DNA from: Bacteroidales bacterium
GTDB lineage: Bacteria; Bacteroidota; Bacteroidia; Bacteroidales; VadinHA17
Reading direction: 5' to 3'
DNA length: 64,000 nucleotides
NCBI GenBank assembly: GCA_012522155.1
Contig: JAAYKX010000024.1
Location: 1,893 to 65,892, forward strand
The notes beneath the pieces are model-generated. The model worked only from the letters and a program-made list of their open reading frames with translations. It ran no database searches and was not told the DNA's origin. A program made the position numbers and the translations under genes. Below are positions 7,771 through 18,120 of the stretch, one piece after another; position 1 is the stretch's first letter, and each line of letters begins with the position of its first letter.

Positions 7771-7843
7771 TATACAGATTCCCGCAAATAAATTAACTTT
7801 GTCCACCGTTATCCGGTTACAAATCATTTTTACCGGCAGGAGA

Positions 7844-10471
7844 ATGAAGTTGGTGTCAAAAATACTTAAAACTTTTGCTTTTGTCATTTCAGGAATCATG
7901 GCAGTCATGTTTGTTGCTGCAATGCTGGTACAGGACAAAGTTGCGGATATCATACTCATGTCGCTGAGTAACAATATTTCAACCAGATTTGAAACAGGCT
8001 CTGTAAAACTGTCCTTCATCAGAAGATTCCCCAAAGCATCCCTTGACCTGAAAAACGTAATAGTCCGCTCATCACCCGGTTTTGACAAAAAATGTTTCGG
8101 CAAAACGGATACCGACACCCTTCTGGCAGCTGGATCCGTAAGCATGGAATTCAGGATCCGGAATATTATAAACGGCTACTATAACATCGAAAGGATTGGT
8201 GTCAGGAACGCGCGGCTCAAAATACTTACTGACACATCGGGAATGGTTAATTATGAAATAAGAACCGTAAACCCGGCCGCGGCGGGCAATGATCTTGTCA
8301 TAAACCTTGATGGCATCAGGCTCAGCAATGTCATAACCCTTTATGACAACCGTGCAACAAAACTGCTTATTTCCGGCATCATGGAAAACGGAAGGATCAA
8401 AAGCAGAATCACGGGAAACAATATTGACTTTACCGGTAAAGGCGATCTGAAAATAGAGATGTTTTCACTTCATGATTTCAGAATCAGCAAAACCATCAAT
8501 TCCAGTGTGAATGTAATTCTGAACAAGTCGGATGAAGGAATCAGATTTGAAAGAAGCAGCCTTGTTTTCGATGATAATAAACTCAGCATGGACGGATTTG
8601 TTTCTGCTGACAATGACCTGGATATTTCAGTAAAAGGGGAAAATATAGATATAGCAAACCTTAAAGGCTATCTGCCTGACAGTTTTCTGGAAAAAGTAAC
8701 TGAATATAATCCCCGGGGAATGCTGGAACTGGACGGTACAATAAAGGGAAAGGTCTCAGGAACTGTCAAGCCGGGAATAAACATCGCCTTCTCCCTGAGA
8801 AACGGCAATGTCAGCTACAGGCCCTCATCAGCCCGCATTAATAATGTTTCATTCGACGGCTCCTTTACAAACGGAACAGGGATGACATCCCGGACCAGCT
8901 CACTGAAGATAGGCAACTTCAGGGGAAGGCTGGGATCATCGGACTATACCGGATCACTTGTCCTTTCCGATTTCACTTCCCCCAACTGCATCCTGGAACT
9001 GAAAGGAAGGCTCATAGCGGCGGAAATAGTGGAATTCTTTAATCTGAATGCAATTTCCGCAGCCGAAGGCTCTGTTGACATGCATATCAGAACAAAAGGA
9101 AAAATTGCAGGAAATAAAAATTTCAGCCTGGCAGACTTTCTTGATATAATCAATGAAGGAAGTCTTGGATTCAACTCCTTTGGCATGGACCTCAGCAGGG
9201 ACGGAACAAGAATAGGAGACGTACGCGGACAGATTCTCTTTTCTTCCAATATTACTGCAAAAGACCTGGACCTCACATATAAAGGACAAAGGATTAGGAT
9301 TAACGGCAGTTTTACCGGCCTGCCACAATGGGCAGCAGGTAAAAACACCACCCTAACAGCTTCGGGTTCACTGAGCTCTGACAGGATTATCCTTGATTCA
9401 TTCTTTCCGGGAAAAGTCCGCCAGGTCAGCGAAGACGAAAAAAAGCCCTTCCCATTTCCTGAAAATATAATTCTTGATCTGGCTTTCAGTATCGGTGATT
9501 TCGGCTATAAGGATTTCAGGGCACGGAATGTTTCCGGAATCATGAATTACAAGCCTCGAATTATGAATTTTAATAGCTTGAGTATAAATTCATTGGATGG
9601 GTTTATCTCAGGTAATGGTTATTTTCTTCAAAACGCTGACAGATCCCATATCCTGAAAGGTGATTTCAGTCTTGAAAAGATTAACGTCAAAAAAACCTTT
9701 ACTGTTTTCAACAATTTCGGTCAGAATTTCATCCGTGATGAAAACCTGGAAGGCCTCCTGTCAGGATCACTGGCTATTCTTATCCCGATGGATACGGAAC
9801 TTAAGGCCTCAGTCAGAACAGTTACGGCTGAAGGAAAATATATTCTGGAACAGGGAGCCCTTCAGAATTTTGAACCTGTCAGGAAACTGTCCGATTTTAT
9901 TGATATTTCAGAACTTGAAAACATTCGTTTCCAGGAACTTAAAAATGATTTTTTTATCCGGAACAATTCCCTGTATATTCCGGCCATGGATGTCAGATCA
10001 TCAGCGGCTGACCTTTCAATAAACGGCAGACACGGTTTCGATAATAAATATGAGTATCATGTAAGGATCCTTCTTTCCGAGATTCTCAGCAGGAAAGTAA
10101 CAGGGCCGAAACCGAATACAAGTGAATTCGGGGCCGTAAGGGATGACGGCCTGGGAAGGACTTCCCTTCTTCTGAAGATAGAGGACAGGGAGGGGGAGCC
10201 CAGGGTAAGCTATGACGCCAGAGCGGCTAGTTCCCAGATAAAGAATGATATCAAAAAGGAGAGGCAGTCCCTGAAATCTATACTTAAGGAGGAATACGGA
10301 TGGTTCGGTCATGATACCACAGCTCCGGCAAAACCCTCCGCACCGGGAACTCCCAGGTTCAGGGTGACCTGGGAAGAGGCTGCCATAAGTGACACCGCAG
10401 ACAGCCAACCTGAGGAAGTCCGGCAGGAGAGGCAGGAATTAAGAATAAGGGATATTCTGAAAAAAAGATAG
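7844..10471 (+). CDS. AsmA-family protein (N-terminal membrane anchor, large periplasmic domain)
   Basis: ~875 aa with an N-terminal TM (ILKTFAFVISGIMAVMFVAAML) and a long beta-rich repetitive body with an AsmA-like C-terminal region. I moved the start from the track's TTG (7799) to the ATG at 7844. Confidence 0.65.
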   Translation: MKLVSKILKTFAFVISGIMAVMFVAAMLVQDKVADIILMSLSNNISTRFETGSVKLSFIRRFPKASLDLKNVIVRSSPGFDKKCFGKTDTDTLLAAGSVSMEFRIRNIINGYYNIERIGVRNARLKILTDTSGMVNYEIRTVNPAAAGNDLVINLDGIRLSNVITLYDNRATKLLISGIMENGRIKSRITGNNIDFTGKGDLKIEMFSLHDFRISKTINSSVNVILNKSDEGIRFERSSLVFDDNKLSMDGFVSADNDLDISVKGENIDIANLKGYLPDSFLEKVTEYNPRGMLELDGTIKGKVSGTVKPGINIAFSLRNGNVSYRPSSARINNVSFDGSFTNGTGMTSRTSSLKIGNFRGRLGSSDYTGSLVLSDFTSPNCILELKGRLIAAEIVEFFNLNAISAAEGSVDMHIRTKGKIAGNKNFSLADFLDIINEGSLGFNSFGMDLSRDGTRIGDVRGQILFSSNITAKDLDLTYKGQRIRINGSFTGLPQWAAGKNTTLTASGSLSSDRIILDSFFPGKVRQVSEDEKKPFPFPENIILDLAFSIGDFGYKDFRARNVSGIMNYKPRIMNFNSLSINSLDGFISGNGYFLQNADRSHILKGDFSLEKINVKKTFTVFNNFGQNFIRDENLEGLLSGSLAILIPMDTELKASVRTVTAEGKYILEQGALQNFEPVRKLSDFIDISELENIRFQELKNDFFIRNNSLYIPAMDVRSSAADLSINGRHGFDNKYEYHVRILLSEILSRKVTGPKPNTSEFGAVRDDGLGRTSLLLKIEDREGEPRVSYDARAASSQIKNDIKKERQSLKSILKEEYGWFGHDTTAPAKPSAPGTPRFRVTWEEAAISDTADSQPEEVRQERQELRIRDILKKR

Positions 10472-10476
10472 TTTTA

Positions 10477-11625
10477 TTGAATACATACCGGCATAAGATA
10501 CCATGGATGTTTTTCCTTTTCCTGTTCGCAATACTTACAGGTACGGGATCCCTGATCTATACACGCTTCCTTGTTGAGACGCTGAAGAATGAAGAAAGAA
10601 AAAAGGTTGAACTGTGGGCTGAGGCAACAATGCTGATAAGCATTGCCGATACGGGTCAGGACATAGAATTCCTTTCATCAATAATAGAAAACAATATAAC
10701 CATCCCGGTAATCCTTGCGGATGAGGCCGACAGTATTATCAGTTCGGGCAATTTTGATGAAAAAAGACTGCGGGACAGGGATTATCTCAACTCACAGCTA
10801 CAGAAGATACGCAGAAAGAACAGTCCTATTGAAATTGATCTGGGAGCCGGTCATATTAATCGTATCTACTACAAAGACAGTATTATACTGACACAGCTTA
10901 TTTACTATCCATATATTCAGACAGGGATAATAATACTATTCATCCTGGTGGCATTCCTTGCTTTCAGGGCTTCCCGGAAGGCTGAAAACAACAAGGTATG
11001 GGTAAGTATGTCGAAAGAGACTGCCCATCAGCTTGGAACACCGGTTTCCTCCCTGGCAGGCTGGGTTGAAATACTTCAGCAGGATCATCCCGGCTTGTCC
11101 ATATCAAGGGAAATTGCACTCGACGTGGAAAGGCTCGAAAAAATTACAGGCCGCTTCTCCGGGATAGGATCCCGCCCCTCCCTGAAGGACGAAAATCTTA
11201 CTGCCATAATCCTGCGGACCATCGAATACCTGAAATCCCGGACTTCCTCCAAGGTGAGCTTTGTTTTTGATTCCGACCCTGCTGCTGCAGTCACACTGCC
11301 TCTTAACACTCCTCTTTTTGAATGGGTCATTGAAAATATTTCAAAAAATTCAATAGATGCCATGGAAGGCAGCGGCGTTATTACCTACCGGATATCAGAA
11401 AACGATGCCAATGTAATAGTTGACATAAGCGACACGGGTAAGGGAATACCCAAAAGGGTGTTCAAAAAGATTTTCAGTCCGGGATACACAACAAAGCAAA
11501 GGGGCTGGGGCCTTGGACTGTCGCTTACCAAAAGGATAGTAGAAGAGTTTCACAACGGAAGGATTTATGTCAGGCATTCAGAGCCAGGCATAGGTTCAGC
11601 TATAAGAATAGTTTTAAACAAATGA
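10477..11625 (+). CDS. sensor histidine kinase
   Basis: Two TM segments, an H-box ETAHQLGTPVSSLAGW, an N-box ENISKNSIDAM, G-boxes DTGKGIP and GWGLGLSL. The track start is a TTG; an alternative ATG lies at 10507. Confidence 0.85.
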   Translation: MNTYRHKIPWMFFLFLFAILTGTGSLIYTRFLVETLKNEERKKVELWAEATMLISIADTGQDIEFLSSIIENNITIPVILADEADSIISSGNFDEKRLRDRDYLNSQLQKIRRKNSPIEIDLGAGHINRIYYKDSIILTQLIYYPYIQTGIIILFILVAFLAFRASRKAENNKVWVSMSKETAHQLGTPVSSLAGWVEILQQDHPGLSISREIALDVERLEKITGRFSGIGSRPSLKDENLTAIILRTIEYLKSRTSSKVSFVFDSDPAAAVTLPLNTPLFEWVIENISKNSIDAMEGSGVITYRISENDANVIVDISDTGKGIPKRVFKKIFSPGYTTKQRGWGLGLSLTKRIVEEFHNGRIYVRHSEPGIGSAIRIVLNK

Positions 11626-11669
11626 CCGAACCATCTCCGTAACACAGCAAGTGTTTTAGATCTTACAAA

Positions 11670-12947
11670 ATGAAAAGAAGTGATATTGAAATAACAGCTC
11701 CTGCAGGTTCCTGGGAGTTACTTATGGCCGCCGTACAGGCTGGTGCCGACTCGGTATATTTCGGTGCGGGAAAGCTGAACATGAGATCAAAATCATCCCT
11801 GAACTTTGAATCAGGCGATCTCGGAAAGATTACTTCAATATGCAGGGAAAACGGTATGAAAAGCTATATCACTCTCAATGCCGTCATTTACGACAGTGAA
11901 AGGGAGGAGATGAAAAGAATGATTGATGCTGCCATTAACAGCGGTGTTGACGGAGTGATAGCTTCAGACATGTCGGTCATAGAATATTCTTTCAGGAAAG
12001 GCTTTCCGGTCCACCTGTCAACCCAGCTTAACATTTCGAATACTGATACACTGAGGTTTTTTGCCGCATACGGGGATGTGGCAGTTCTGGCAAGAGAACT
12101 TGACCTTGAAAAGGTAAAAAGGATATATGATGCAATAAGGAAGGAAAACATATGCGGACCAGGGGGTGAACAGATAAGGATTGAAATGTTTGTTCACGGG
12201 GCCCTGTGCATGGCCGTTTCCGGAAAATGCTATATGAGCCTTCATGAAAACAACACATCGGCCAACCGCGGAAGCTGTTACCAGACATGCCGGAGATCAT
12301 ATATTGTAACCGACAGGGAAAGCGGATATGAACTCGCAATAGATAATGAATACATAATGTCTCCCAGGGATCTTTGCACCATAGGCTTCATCGACAGGAT
12401 GATGGATGCCGGTGTAAGAATTCTTAAAATTGAAGGACGTGCACGTTCGCCGGAATATGTCAGAACGGTAACGGAATGCTATGATGAGGCGGTGAGGGCC
12501 GTTATTGACGGAAGCTATTGCAGTGAAAAAATAAAAGACTGGGAAAAAAGACTGGCAACAGTTTTCAACAGGGGTTTCTGGGACGGCTACTACCTTGGAC
12601 GGAAGACGGGGGAATGGCATAACCGCTACGGATCAGCCGCCACCAGGAGAAAAGTATATCTTGGCAGGATCACCAACTATTTTGCCAGGCCGGGGGTGGC
12701 GGAAATAAAGCTTGAAAACGGAGATCTCAGCAGTGGTGATACATTGCTGATAACAGGTCCCACCACAGGGGTCGTTGAATACACTGCAGGAGAAATCAGG
12801 GTTGATTACAAGGAAACTGCGAGGGCAGCCAGGGGAACATACTGCTCGGTAAAAATAAATGAATTTCTCAGAACGTCCGACAAAGTATACAAGTGGGTGG
12901 ATGAGTCGGAAATTATTCCACAGGGAAATCATTCCCAAAATATTTAA
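11670..12947 (+). CDS. U32 family peptidase (collagenase-like)
   Basis: The N-terminus EITAPAGSWELLMAAVQAGADSVYFG, plus LKIEGRARSPEYV and the length, are typical of peptidase U32. Confidence 0.88.
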   Translation: MKRSDIEITAPAGSWELLMAAVQAGADSVYFGAGKLNMRSKSSLNFESGDLGKITSICRENGMKSYITLNAVIYDSEREEMKRMIDAAINSGVDGVIASDMSVIEYSFRKGFPVHLSTQLNISNTDTLRFFAAYGDVAVLARELDLEKVKRIYDAIRKENICGPGGEQIRIEMFVHGALCMAVSGKCYMSLHENNTSANRGSCYQTCRRSYIVTDRESGYELAIDNEYIMSPRDLCTIGFIDRMMDAGVRILKIEGRARSPEYVRTVTECYDEAVRAVIDGSYCSEKIKDWEKRLATVFNRGFWDGYYLGRKTGEWHNRYGSAATRRKVYLGRITNYFARPGVAEIKLENGDLSSGDTLLITGPTTGVVEYTAGEIRVDYKETARAARGTYCSVKINEFLRTSDKVYKWVDESEIIPQGNHSQNI

Positions 12948-15747
12948 GAAGAAGTCTCTTCAGATCTTCCATTCTGACCGGTTTTGAAATAAATTCCCTG
13001 ATCCCTGCCAGCCGGGCCTTGCTGCGTGTGTTAGGCATATTATCCGCAGTCAGGGCAACAATCAGGGTATCAGGTACCTCTTCCAGTATACGGCTTGCAG
13101 ATTCAAAGCCGTCAATTCCCGGAAGAAGAAGATCCATAAAAATTATATCATATTTCTTCCCTCCTGCTTTCCGTATCCCTTCATACCCGTCAGCGGCCAT
13201 CTCAAATGAACATCCCAGCTTTCCCAGCATTCTGCTGATCACCTTTTGATTCAGCTTGTTATCTTCAACAACAAGTGCAGAGATGTTATTCCTTAATTTT
13301 CCTTCCCTTCCTGGTCCTGTCTTTATTTCAACCATGGTAAAGCTCTCTGCCAGTACCTCTTCAAGTTCTGCAGAATCAACCGGCATCACAAGATAATGAT
13401 CAACGGCCAGCAGAATGGATTTAAGAAAATCACCCTGCCTCTCATGGTTACTGATCATCATCAAAATCAGTTTTTCATGAAGTCCCTGATCCCACAGGGA
13501 GGAAACAACTTCAAAACCATCGAATTTCCTGTCATTCAATATAATGATCAGGTTATATTTTTCATCGCCCGAGTCAAGGTTGGCTTTTATCTGTCCCGCA
13601 GTTGATTTCTGAAAGTTTGTCAGCGATATATTCAGCTGCAGTTTATGCAGCAGATTCAGGATGTCCTCATCCCCGGCAGAAGGATCAGTTATCACAAGGG
13701 TCCTGATCATGGTGAAGGATGTGATTGCACTGATATCCGTATGTTTTCTGAGCCTGTCATTGGAATATACCCTGAGGGTGAAACATATACCTGTACCCGA
13801 ATCACCCGAAAGTCCTGAAGGACTTTTAACCGAAATATCCCCGCCCATGAGCCTGATAAGCTGGGCTGCCATTACCGGGCCGAATCCCGTTTCATCATTA
13901 CTGTCAAGGATCTTTGATTCAATATTAACAACTTCCCCAAATATTTTATTCAGTGCTTCCTGATCAAAAACTTTTCCTGTATCCCTGATCCCGAATTCCA
14001 GTTTTACATGCCCCCTGTCATTTTCAAGCATCCTGCAGCTGAGGTGAATCTGTCCCCCATACGTATTTCCGGCGGAATGCATCAGAAGGTTTGTCAGAAT
14101 CTGACGAAACCTGTAGGGGTCTGAAATAATACTTACAGATGCACCGGGATCAACATCAGCGGTAAAGCTGATATTTTTCCGGATAAATATTTCCCTTACC
14201 GGATCAGCAGAACGATCAATTACGGCTCTCAGGTCAAAAGGAATTTCCTCAAGGACCAGCCTGCCTGTTTCAATCCTGGAAAAATCCAGTATGTCTTCCC
14301 TTACTTTCATCAGGTCATCTGCCGAACTCCTGAGAAGATCCATCGTTTCCCGCAGCTCAGCACCAAGTTTTTCCATATTCAGAAGATCGGTCATACCAAT
14401 GATACCGGTCAGGGGAGTGCGGATCTCATAACTCAGTCTTGCAAGAAATTCCGATTTTGCCTTGTTGGCCTTTGCTTCACCTGTCCTGGAATGCTCCAGT
14501 TCAGTAACATCCGTCAGAATATCCAGGTACGCCGGTCCGCCGCGAAAATCCAGGGGAACAGTCTTTTTCAAAAATATTCTGCTGCCGGATTTACCGGTGA
14601 ATATATCATAGGCACCACGATCAATCCCGGCTGCAGGATTCCTTGCAAAATATTCACCGACAGCCGTCAGGGATGTCCCGGGATAATCCCGGCCGGTCAT
14701 TTCGGCAGCGGATCCGTACGAATACAATGAGGCAGCCATGGTGTTGGCGGCCAGGATTTCCCTTTTGCTGTTATAGACAACAATTCCTGCCGGGATATTT
14801 TCAATAAGTTTCATCAGTGCAGCTTCAGATTCCCTGTATGTCTTTTTTTCAGCCTCAGATTTACGAAACTGCCGGATCAGCAGGTAAAGGACTGCCAGAA
14901 AAAGCAGTACTGTGCTTATGACTATAAAGAATGAATTCCTGATTATGTATTTCTTAAAACAGGTGGTTGGGGTTGAAAATACGAGTGTCAGATCTCTCTG
15001 AAGCAAGCGGGTTGAATAATATGAAGAAACTATTTGCCCGGGCCTGCCACTGATTTCGGCTCTGTGAATGATATTCCCTGCCGTGCCGCTCTCCGGTGCT
15101 TTCCATATCCTTTCCGTCTCCCGGGCAGTAAAGCTGATATCATCTTTCGAATTTGAAAAAATTATTTCGTCCGAACTGTTTATTACCCACTGCCACTGAT
15201 AATCCTTCAGGTTACAGGCAGAGAACAGTTCGCTGAAATATTTGCTGTGGTCTACCGTAACAACCAGGTTACCACTTACGGTATTATTTCTGATAATGGG
15301 AAGGGAATATTCATAGTCCTGCCTGTTTTTCAAAAGAGTATCCCCGGGATATATCTCATTCTGGTTGTGAAGCACAAATTGCTGCTCCAGCCATTCCCCC
15401 GCGTCTGTCTTAAGGGTAAACTCATTTTTCCTGTCATCAAATATCTTGATCCCCCTGATAAAATCAGAGTATTTCATGTAGAAAAGCCTGATCTTTTCGA
15501 CAGCATCATCCCTTTGAGCCTTGTCTTCAAAAAAATTCACGAGGTTTCCCTGGTAAGCTATTTTATTCAGATCGGATAAAAAACTGTTGTTTGTTTCATC
15601 CACCATTATTCCGCTTAAGCGGACCTGGTGGTCGAGGAGGGTGGTTATATAATCAATTTGCCTGTTATACAGACTTTTATAATAGACAACATTGGCCAGT
15701 ACAATAACAATTACTGCCAGGTAACTGAACATCAGGATTTTTTTCAT
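12913..15747 (-). CDS. hybrid sensor kinase-like protein (periplasmic sensor, PAS, degenerate HisKA/HATPase, pseudo-receiver, C-terminal receiver)
   Basis: The HisKA box reads SEFLARLSYEIRTPLTGIIG, with Tyr where His is expected. N, G1 and G2 boxes are degenerate (NLLMHSAGNT, DTGKVF, ETGFGP). The C-terminal REC looks intact (VVEDN, FMDLLLPGIDG, ALTA, SKPV). Confidence 0.85.
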   Translation of the reverse strand: MKKILMFSYLAVIVIVLANVVYYKSLYNRQIDYITTLLDHQVRLSGIMVDETNNSFLSDLNKIAYQGNLVNFFEDKAQRDDAVEKIRLFYMKYSDFIRGIKIFDDRKNEFTLKTDAGEWLEQQFVLHNQNEIYPGDTLLKNRQDYEYSLPIIRNNTVSGNLVVTVDHSKYFSELFSACNLKDYQWQWVINSSDEIIFSNSKDDISFTARETERIWKAPESGTAGNIIHRAEISGRPGQIVSSYYSTRLLQRDLTLVFSTPTTCFKKYIIRNSFFIVISTVLLFLAVLYLLIRQFRKSEAEKKTYRESEAALMKLIENIPAGIVVYNSKREILAANTMAASLYSYGSAAEMTGRDYPGTSLTAVGEYFARNPAAGIDRGAYDIFTGKSGSRIFLKKTVPLDFRGGPAYLDILTDVTELEHSRTGEAKANKAKSEFLARLSYEIRTPLTGIIGMTDLLNMEKLGAELRETMDLLRSSADDLMKVREDILDFSRIETGRLVLEEIPFDLRAVIDRSADPVREIFIRKNISFTADVDPGASVSIISDPYRFRQILTNLLMHSAGNTYGGQIHLSCRMLENDRGHVKLEFGIRDTGKVFDQEALNKIFGEVVNIESKILDSNDETGFGPVMAAQLIRLMGGDISVKSPSGLSGDSGTGICFTLRVYSNDRLRKHTDISAITSFTMIRTLVITDPSAGDEDILNLLHKLQLNISLTNFQKSTAGQIKANLDSGDEKYNLIIILNDRKFDGFEVVSSLWDQGLHEKLILMMISNHERQGDFLKSILLAVDHYLVMPVDSAELEEVLAESFTMVEIKTGPGREGKLRNNISALVVEDNKLNQKVISRMLGKLGCSFEMAADGYEGIRKAGGKKYDIIFMDLLLPGIDGFESASRILEEVPDTLIVALTADNMPNTRSKARLAGIREFISKPVRMEDLKRLLLKYFGNDFPVE

Positions 15748-15812
15748 CAGGACCGGGATTTGACTTTCACAGGAGATAAAGATAATCCTTATTTGATAAA
15801 TTTGCTGAAAAT

Positions 15813-16745
15813 TTATCTGTATTTCCGATTATCATCTTCAATTATATTCAGATAGCTCCTGTATCTCTGGGAATCAATTTCCCCTTCCTCCACAGCAAGG
15901 CGGACAGCACAGTCCGGTTCATCCAGATGAAGACAATTATAAAATTTACAGTTTTCAGAGATGCTGAATATTTCCGGGAAAAAATGATAAATTTCATTTC
16001 TCTGCATATCCACCATTCCGAATCCCTTTATGCCTGGTGAATCGATAAGATAGCCCCCGGAAGGCAATCGGTGCATTTCCGGAAAAGTGGTGATATGCCG
16101 GCCCTGTTTATGATAATCTGAAATTTTTCCGGTTTTAAGTCTGAGTTCCGGGTCAAGGAGGTTCAGCAGGGATGTTTTACCCACGCCGGAATTTCCCGCT
16201 ATCAGGCTTATTTTGTCCCTGAAAATTTCAATCAGGGGCTCCAGGCCCTTGTGCTCCCTGACTGACAGTCTGAAACATTTATATCCGATTTTCTCATACA
16301 CGGAAATCATATGCTCCATCCTGTCTGCATCGTCCCCGGTATAAAGATCTGTCTTGTTAATGATCAGACTTGCAGGTATCCTGTAGGCTTCGGCACTTAT
16401 AAGGAACCTGTCGATAAACTCAGCCTGTGTAACCGGATGGGAAATGGTGATCATCAGAAAAACATGATCAACATTGGCAGCAAGGATCTGTATCTGCCTT
16501 GAGAGATTGGATGCTCTTCTGAGTATATAATTTTTCCTGTCAAGGAGATCAGTAATTATTCCTGTGGTTTTGACGGATTCAAATTCAAACAGTACCCTGT
16601 CACCCACGGCTACCGGGTTTGTACTTTTCAGACCTCCGCTGACCCTGAATCTTCCTTTAATGGTACATTCAACAACGTCATGGTCTCCGTAAAGGACCCT
16701 GTAACGGCTGCCTGTTGATTTTATGACAAGACCTTCCTGTTTCAA
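15813..16745 (-). CDS. rsgA: ribosome small-subunit-dependent GTPase A
   Basis: Circularly permuted GTPase motifs are present (INKTDL ... GNSGVGKTSLLN), along with the C-terminal zinc cluster CKFYNCLHLDEPDCAV. TTG start. Confidence 0.9.
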   Translation of the reverse strand: MKQEGLVIKSTGSRYRVLYGDHDVVECTIKGRFRVSGGLKSTNPVAVGDRVLFEFESVKTTGIITDLLDRKNYILRRASNLSRQIQILAANVDHVFLMITISHPVTQAEFIDRFLISAEAYRIPASLIINKTDLYTGDDADRMEHMISVYEKIGYKCFRLSVREHKGLEPLIEIFRDKISLIAGNSGVGKTSLLNLLDPELRLKTGKISDYHKQGRHITTFPEMHRLPSGGYLIDSPGIKGFGMVDMQRNEIYHFFPEIFSISENCKFYNCLHLDEPDCAVRLAVEEGEIDSQRYRSYLNIIEDDNRKYR

Positions 16746-16766
16746 ACGGAAAAATTATTGAAAATT

Positions 16767-16800
16767 GCAGGGGCTGTCCGGATGTATCCGGATCCCCCGC
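16767..16800 (-). terminator. candidate terminator hairpin downstream of the PFK gene
   Basis: The plus strand reads GCAGGGGCTG-TCCGGA-TGTA-TCCGGA-TCCCCCGC, a perfect 6-bp core stem with imperfect G/C-rich extensions. On the minus strand it is followed by AATTTTCAATAATTTTT. Confidence 0.35.
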
Positions 16801-16819
16801 ACAATACTGCAATCTGTAA

Positions 16820-18022
16820 TCAGGTATTGGAATCCATGATCAGAAAGGGCTTGGCTTCAAAGGTATGATAAAACGGCCTGAGTCTTTCTGTGTTGTAAAA
16901 CTGTTCGATGTTCACAAATTTCTTTGTGGCTGTGACAACATCCAGCGGAACGTTTCCATATTTTCCGTTTTTCAGTACCACCAGTTTTCCATGAATACCC
17001 TTCAGTATCAAATCAAGAGCCAGGTTACCGTATGCCATTGGAACTATTGAATCAAGAAAATCAGGATCACCGCCCCTGACCATGTATCCAAGCTTCTGAT
17101 TGATGATATTGATTGTTTTGCCATTATTGTAGGTGGCAGAAAGATCCTTCAGTTTTGAAGAAACCAGTTCACCTATCCCGCCAAGCTTTGCATGTCCGTA
17201 TGCATCTTTTTGACTGTCGGCGAATACCATTTCTTCACCTTCGAACATGGCCCCTTCGGAGACAAGCACAACGGCATACTTACTGGGATTTTTATTCCTG
17301 TCTGCAACCATCAGCCTGGCCAGATGATCAATATCGAATTTATATTCGGGTATGACACATCTGTTTGCTGCTCCGGCCATTGTGGGCAGCATTGCCGTAT
17401 AGCCCGCATAGCGTCCGAAGACCTCCAGGACCAGGAGCCTTTCATGAGATCCGGCTGAGGTCCGCAGCTTGTTTGTCATCTGAATGGTCCTGGTTACACA
17501 GGTACTGAAACCGATGCAGTAATCCGTTCCCGGAACATCATTGTCCATCGTTTTCGGTATGGCAACAACCTTTACCCCCTGTTTGTAAAGATGTACCCCG
17601 TAACTCAGGGTGTCGTCGCCCCCGATGGGTATGAGATAATCAACATTGAGCCATTCCAGGTTTTTAATGATCTCCGGGGTAAGGTCATTTACCTCCTTGT
17701 TATAGGTCGCTTTTAAATGTTCAGGGACATTCGCCCTGGGCATATGACTGGGCCTTGTCCTGGAGGTATGCAGAAAAGTTCCGCCGGTCCTCCCGGCCTT
17801 GTCTACAAGGTCATTGGTAAGAATCTGGTAACAATTGCTGTTGTCAGCCTTGCTGTCCCTTACCATTTCAGTAATCCCGGCCCATCCCCTGCGTAATCCG
17901 ATCACTTTGTAACCTTCACTGTTGGCACGTATTGTAACTGCCCTGATAGCCGGATTCAATCCGGGGACATCCCCGCCTCCTGTAAGAATAGCAATGATTC
18001 CCTTTGTTTTGTTAACCGCCAT
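16820..18022 (-). CDS. 6-phosphofructokinase family enzyme with PPi-dependent-type signature residues
   Basis: ILTGGGDVPGLN, IPIGGDDTLSYG and IPKTMDNDVPGTD. The GGDD and PKT variants (instead of GGDG and PGT) are the established discriminators for PPi- versus ATP-dependent PFKs. Confidence 0.88.
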   Translation of the reverse strand: MAVNKTKGIIAILTGGGDVPGLNPAIRAVTIRANSEGYKVIGLRRGWAGITEMVRDSKADNSNCYQILTNDLVDKAGRTGGTFLHTSRTRPSHMPRANVPEHLKATYNKEVNDLTPEIIKNLEWLNVDYLIPIGGDDTLSYGVHLYKQGVKVVAIPKTMDNDVPGTDYCIGFSTCVTRTIQMTNKLRTSAGSHERLLVLEVFGRYAGYTAMLPTMAGAANRCVIPEYKFDIDHLARLMVADRNKNPSKYAVVLVSEGAMFEGEEMVFADSQKDAYGHAKLGGIGELVSSKLKDLSATYNNGKTINIINQKLGYMVRGGDPDFLDSIVPMAYGNLALDLILKGIHGKLVVLKNGKYGNVPLDVVTATKKFVNIEQFYNTERLRPFYHTFEAKPFLIMDSNT

Positions 18023-18064
18023 TTTTTTAAATTTTTATCTGTTAGCATTATTTTTTTGCAGGAT

Positions 18065-18072
18065 CAAATTTA
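18065..18072 (-). promoter_or_regulatory. candidate -7 box (TAAATTTG on minus strand) for the PFK gene
   Basis: Plus-strand CAAATTTA is the reverse complement of TAnnTTTG. It lies 43 bp upstream of the start at 18022. Confidence 0.3.
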
Positions 18073-18120
18073 TAACTTTTTGCTCTGATTCCAAGCACAA
18101 GTTAATTGCTTTTAATTCTG

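Noticed and set aside
12913-12947. 35-bp convergent overlap of the U32 peptidase and hybrid kinase 3' ends
   Set aside because: Both C-termini look native and short convergent overlaps are common in compact genomes. It is not considered informative.
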